DNA of 64,000 nucleotides from Candidatus Saccharimonadota bacterium (GTDB lineage Bacteria; Patescibacteriota; Saccharimonadia; Saccharimonadales; HK-STAS-PATE-42): NCBI GenBank assembly GCA_036826375.1, contig DAISWL010000001.1, positions 40,201 to 104,200 of the forward strand, read 5' to 3'. Shown piece by piece: positions 63,584 to 64,000 of this stretch (position 1 is its first letter; each line of letters starts with the position of its first letter). The notes under the pieces were generated by a model. It saw only the letters and a program-made list of their open reading frames with translations, ran no database searches and was not told where the DNA came from. The position numbers and the translations under genes were made by a program.

Positions 63584-64000
63584 TTATTTTGCTAAGAATA
63601 CCGGCAAGGTTCCATCGGTTAGAGTTGCTGCTGTTGCTAATGTATATATAGTTACTGCAGCCATTGCTGAGGATCTTCTACTTTCATCAATATGTCCCTT
63701 TTTAGCCAACGCATCTATCATGCTTTCAGCCTGCCAGATATCCACCACAAAAACTTGAGGTATTTTTGAATCTACTCCATGCTCATCAACCATAGATTGG
63801 CGGAATGATTCTTGATCAAAAGTAACACCTTTTCTAGTATTTATAACTACGAATGCCTCTTGGTGATTGCCGGTGAGCTCTTTCCTAGCCACGTTCTCAC
63901 ATTCTTGTTCTAGATATTGCTGCTGAGCGGCTCCGTCGTAGCCATCAAAATAATGTCCATTTTTTCTTTCTTGAAAAATAATGTTGGTTAAGTTTATATC
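63584..64000 (-). CDS. hypothetical protein, comparatively G+C-rich, 5' end outside the window
   Basis: The track ORF starts at GTG 63892, but the frame stays open to the window edge (...NGHYFDGYDGAAQQQYLEQECENVARKELTG...). Confidence 0.5.
   Translation of the reverse strand, partial: DINLTNIIFQERKNGHYFDGYDGAAQQQYLEQECENVARKELTGNHQEAFVVINTRKGVTFDQESFRQSMVDEHGVDSKIPQVFVVDIWQAESMIDALAKKGHIDESRRSSAMAAVTIYTLATAATLTDGTLPVFLAK

Overview
AT-rich, very gene-dense bacterial chromosome segment. Nearly all housekeeping genes lie on the minus strand: infC-rpmI-rplT, argS, lysS, proS, glyQS, greA, rny, truB, recO, prfB, ftsEX, mraY, uppP, murD, pepN and others. There are three tRNAs (Ser-CGA, Met-CAU, initiator Met), a heliorhodopsin and three type II toxin-antitoxin pairs. 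Gene content and compactness fit a reduced-genome, Gram-positive-type lineage such as CPR/Patescibacteria, possibly Saccharibacteria; this is inference only. No CRISPR array, rRNA, transposase or integrase was seen.

Features not explained by ordinary annotation:
1. The palindrome TTAAGCTTAA and its one-transition variants are extremely over-represented in genes and spacers, in the manner of HIP1 or DNA-uptake sequences.
2. Eight visibly G+C-rich orphan ORFs are inserted singly between conserved genes. Each has its own consensus promoter, and two promoter modules are shared between distant loci.
3. Several of these ORFs carry simple-sequence tracts. An (AG)6 tract splits one gene into two frames, and a C8 run lies inside another, suggesting phase variation.
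4. Four cassettes are bracketed by direct repeats that duplicate the end of the neighbouring gene (R-X-R architecture).
5. Other elements include REP-like hairpin arrays, a GC-rich palindromic element inserted in-frame in truB, palindromic operators in two regulator promoters, recurrent leaderless '-10 N8 ATG' promoters, a degenerate histidine-kinase/receiver pair, and a murD plus PP-loop gene pair that may be MurD2/MurL.

All calls come from reading the sequence and the ORF track by eye. Counts are hand counts, and homology statements are from memory of protein families. No database search was run.
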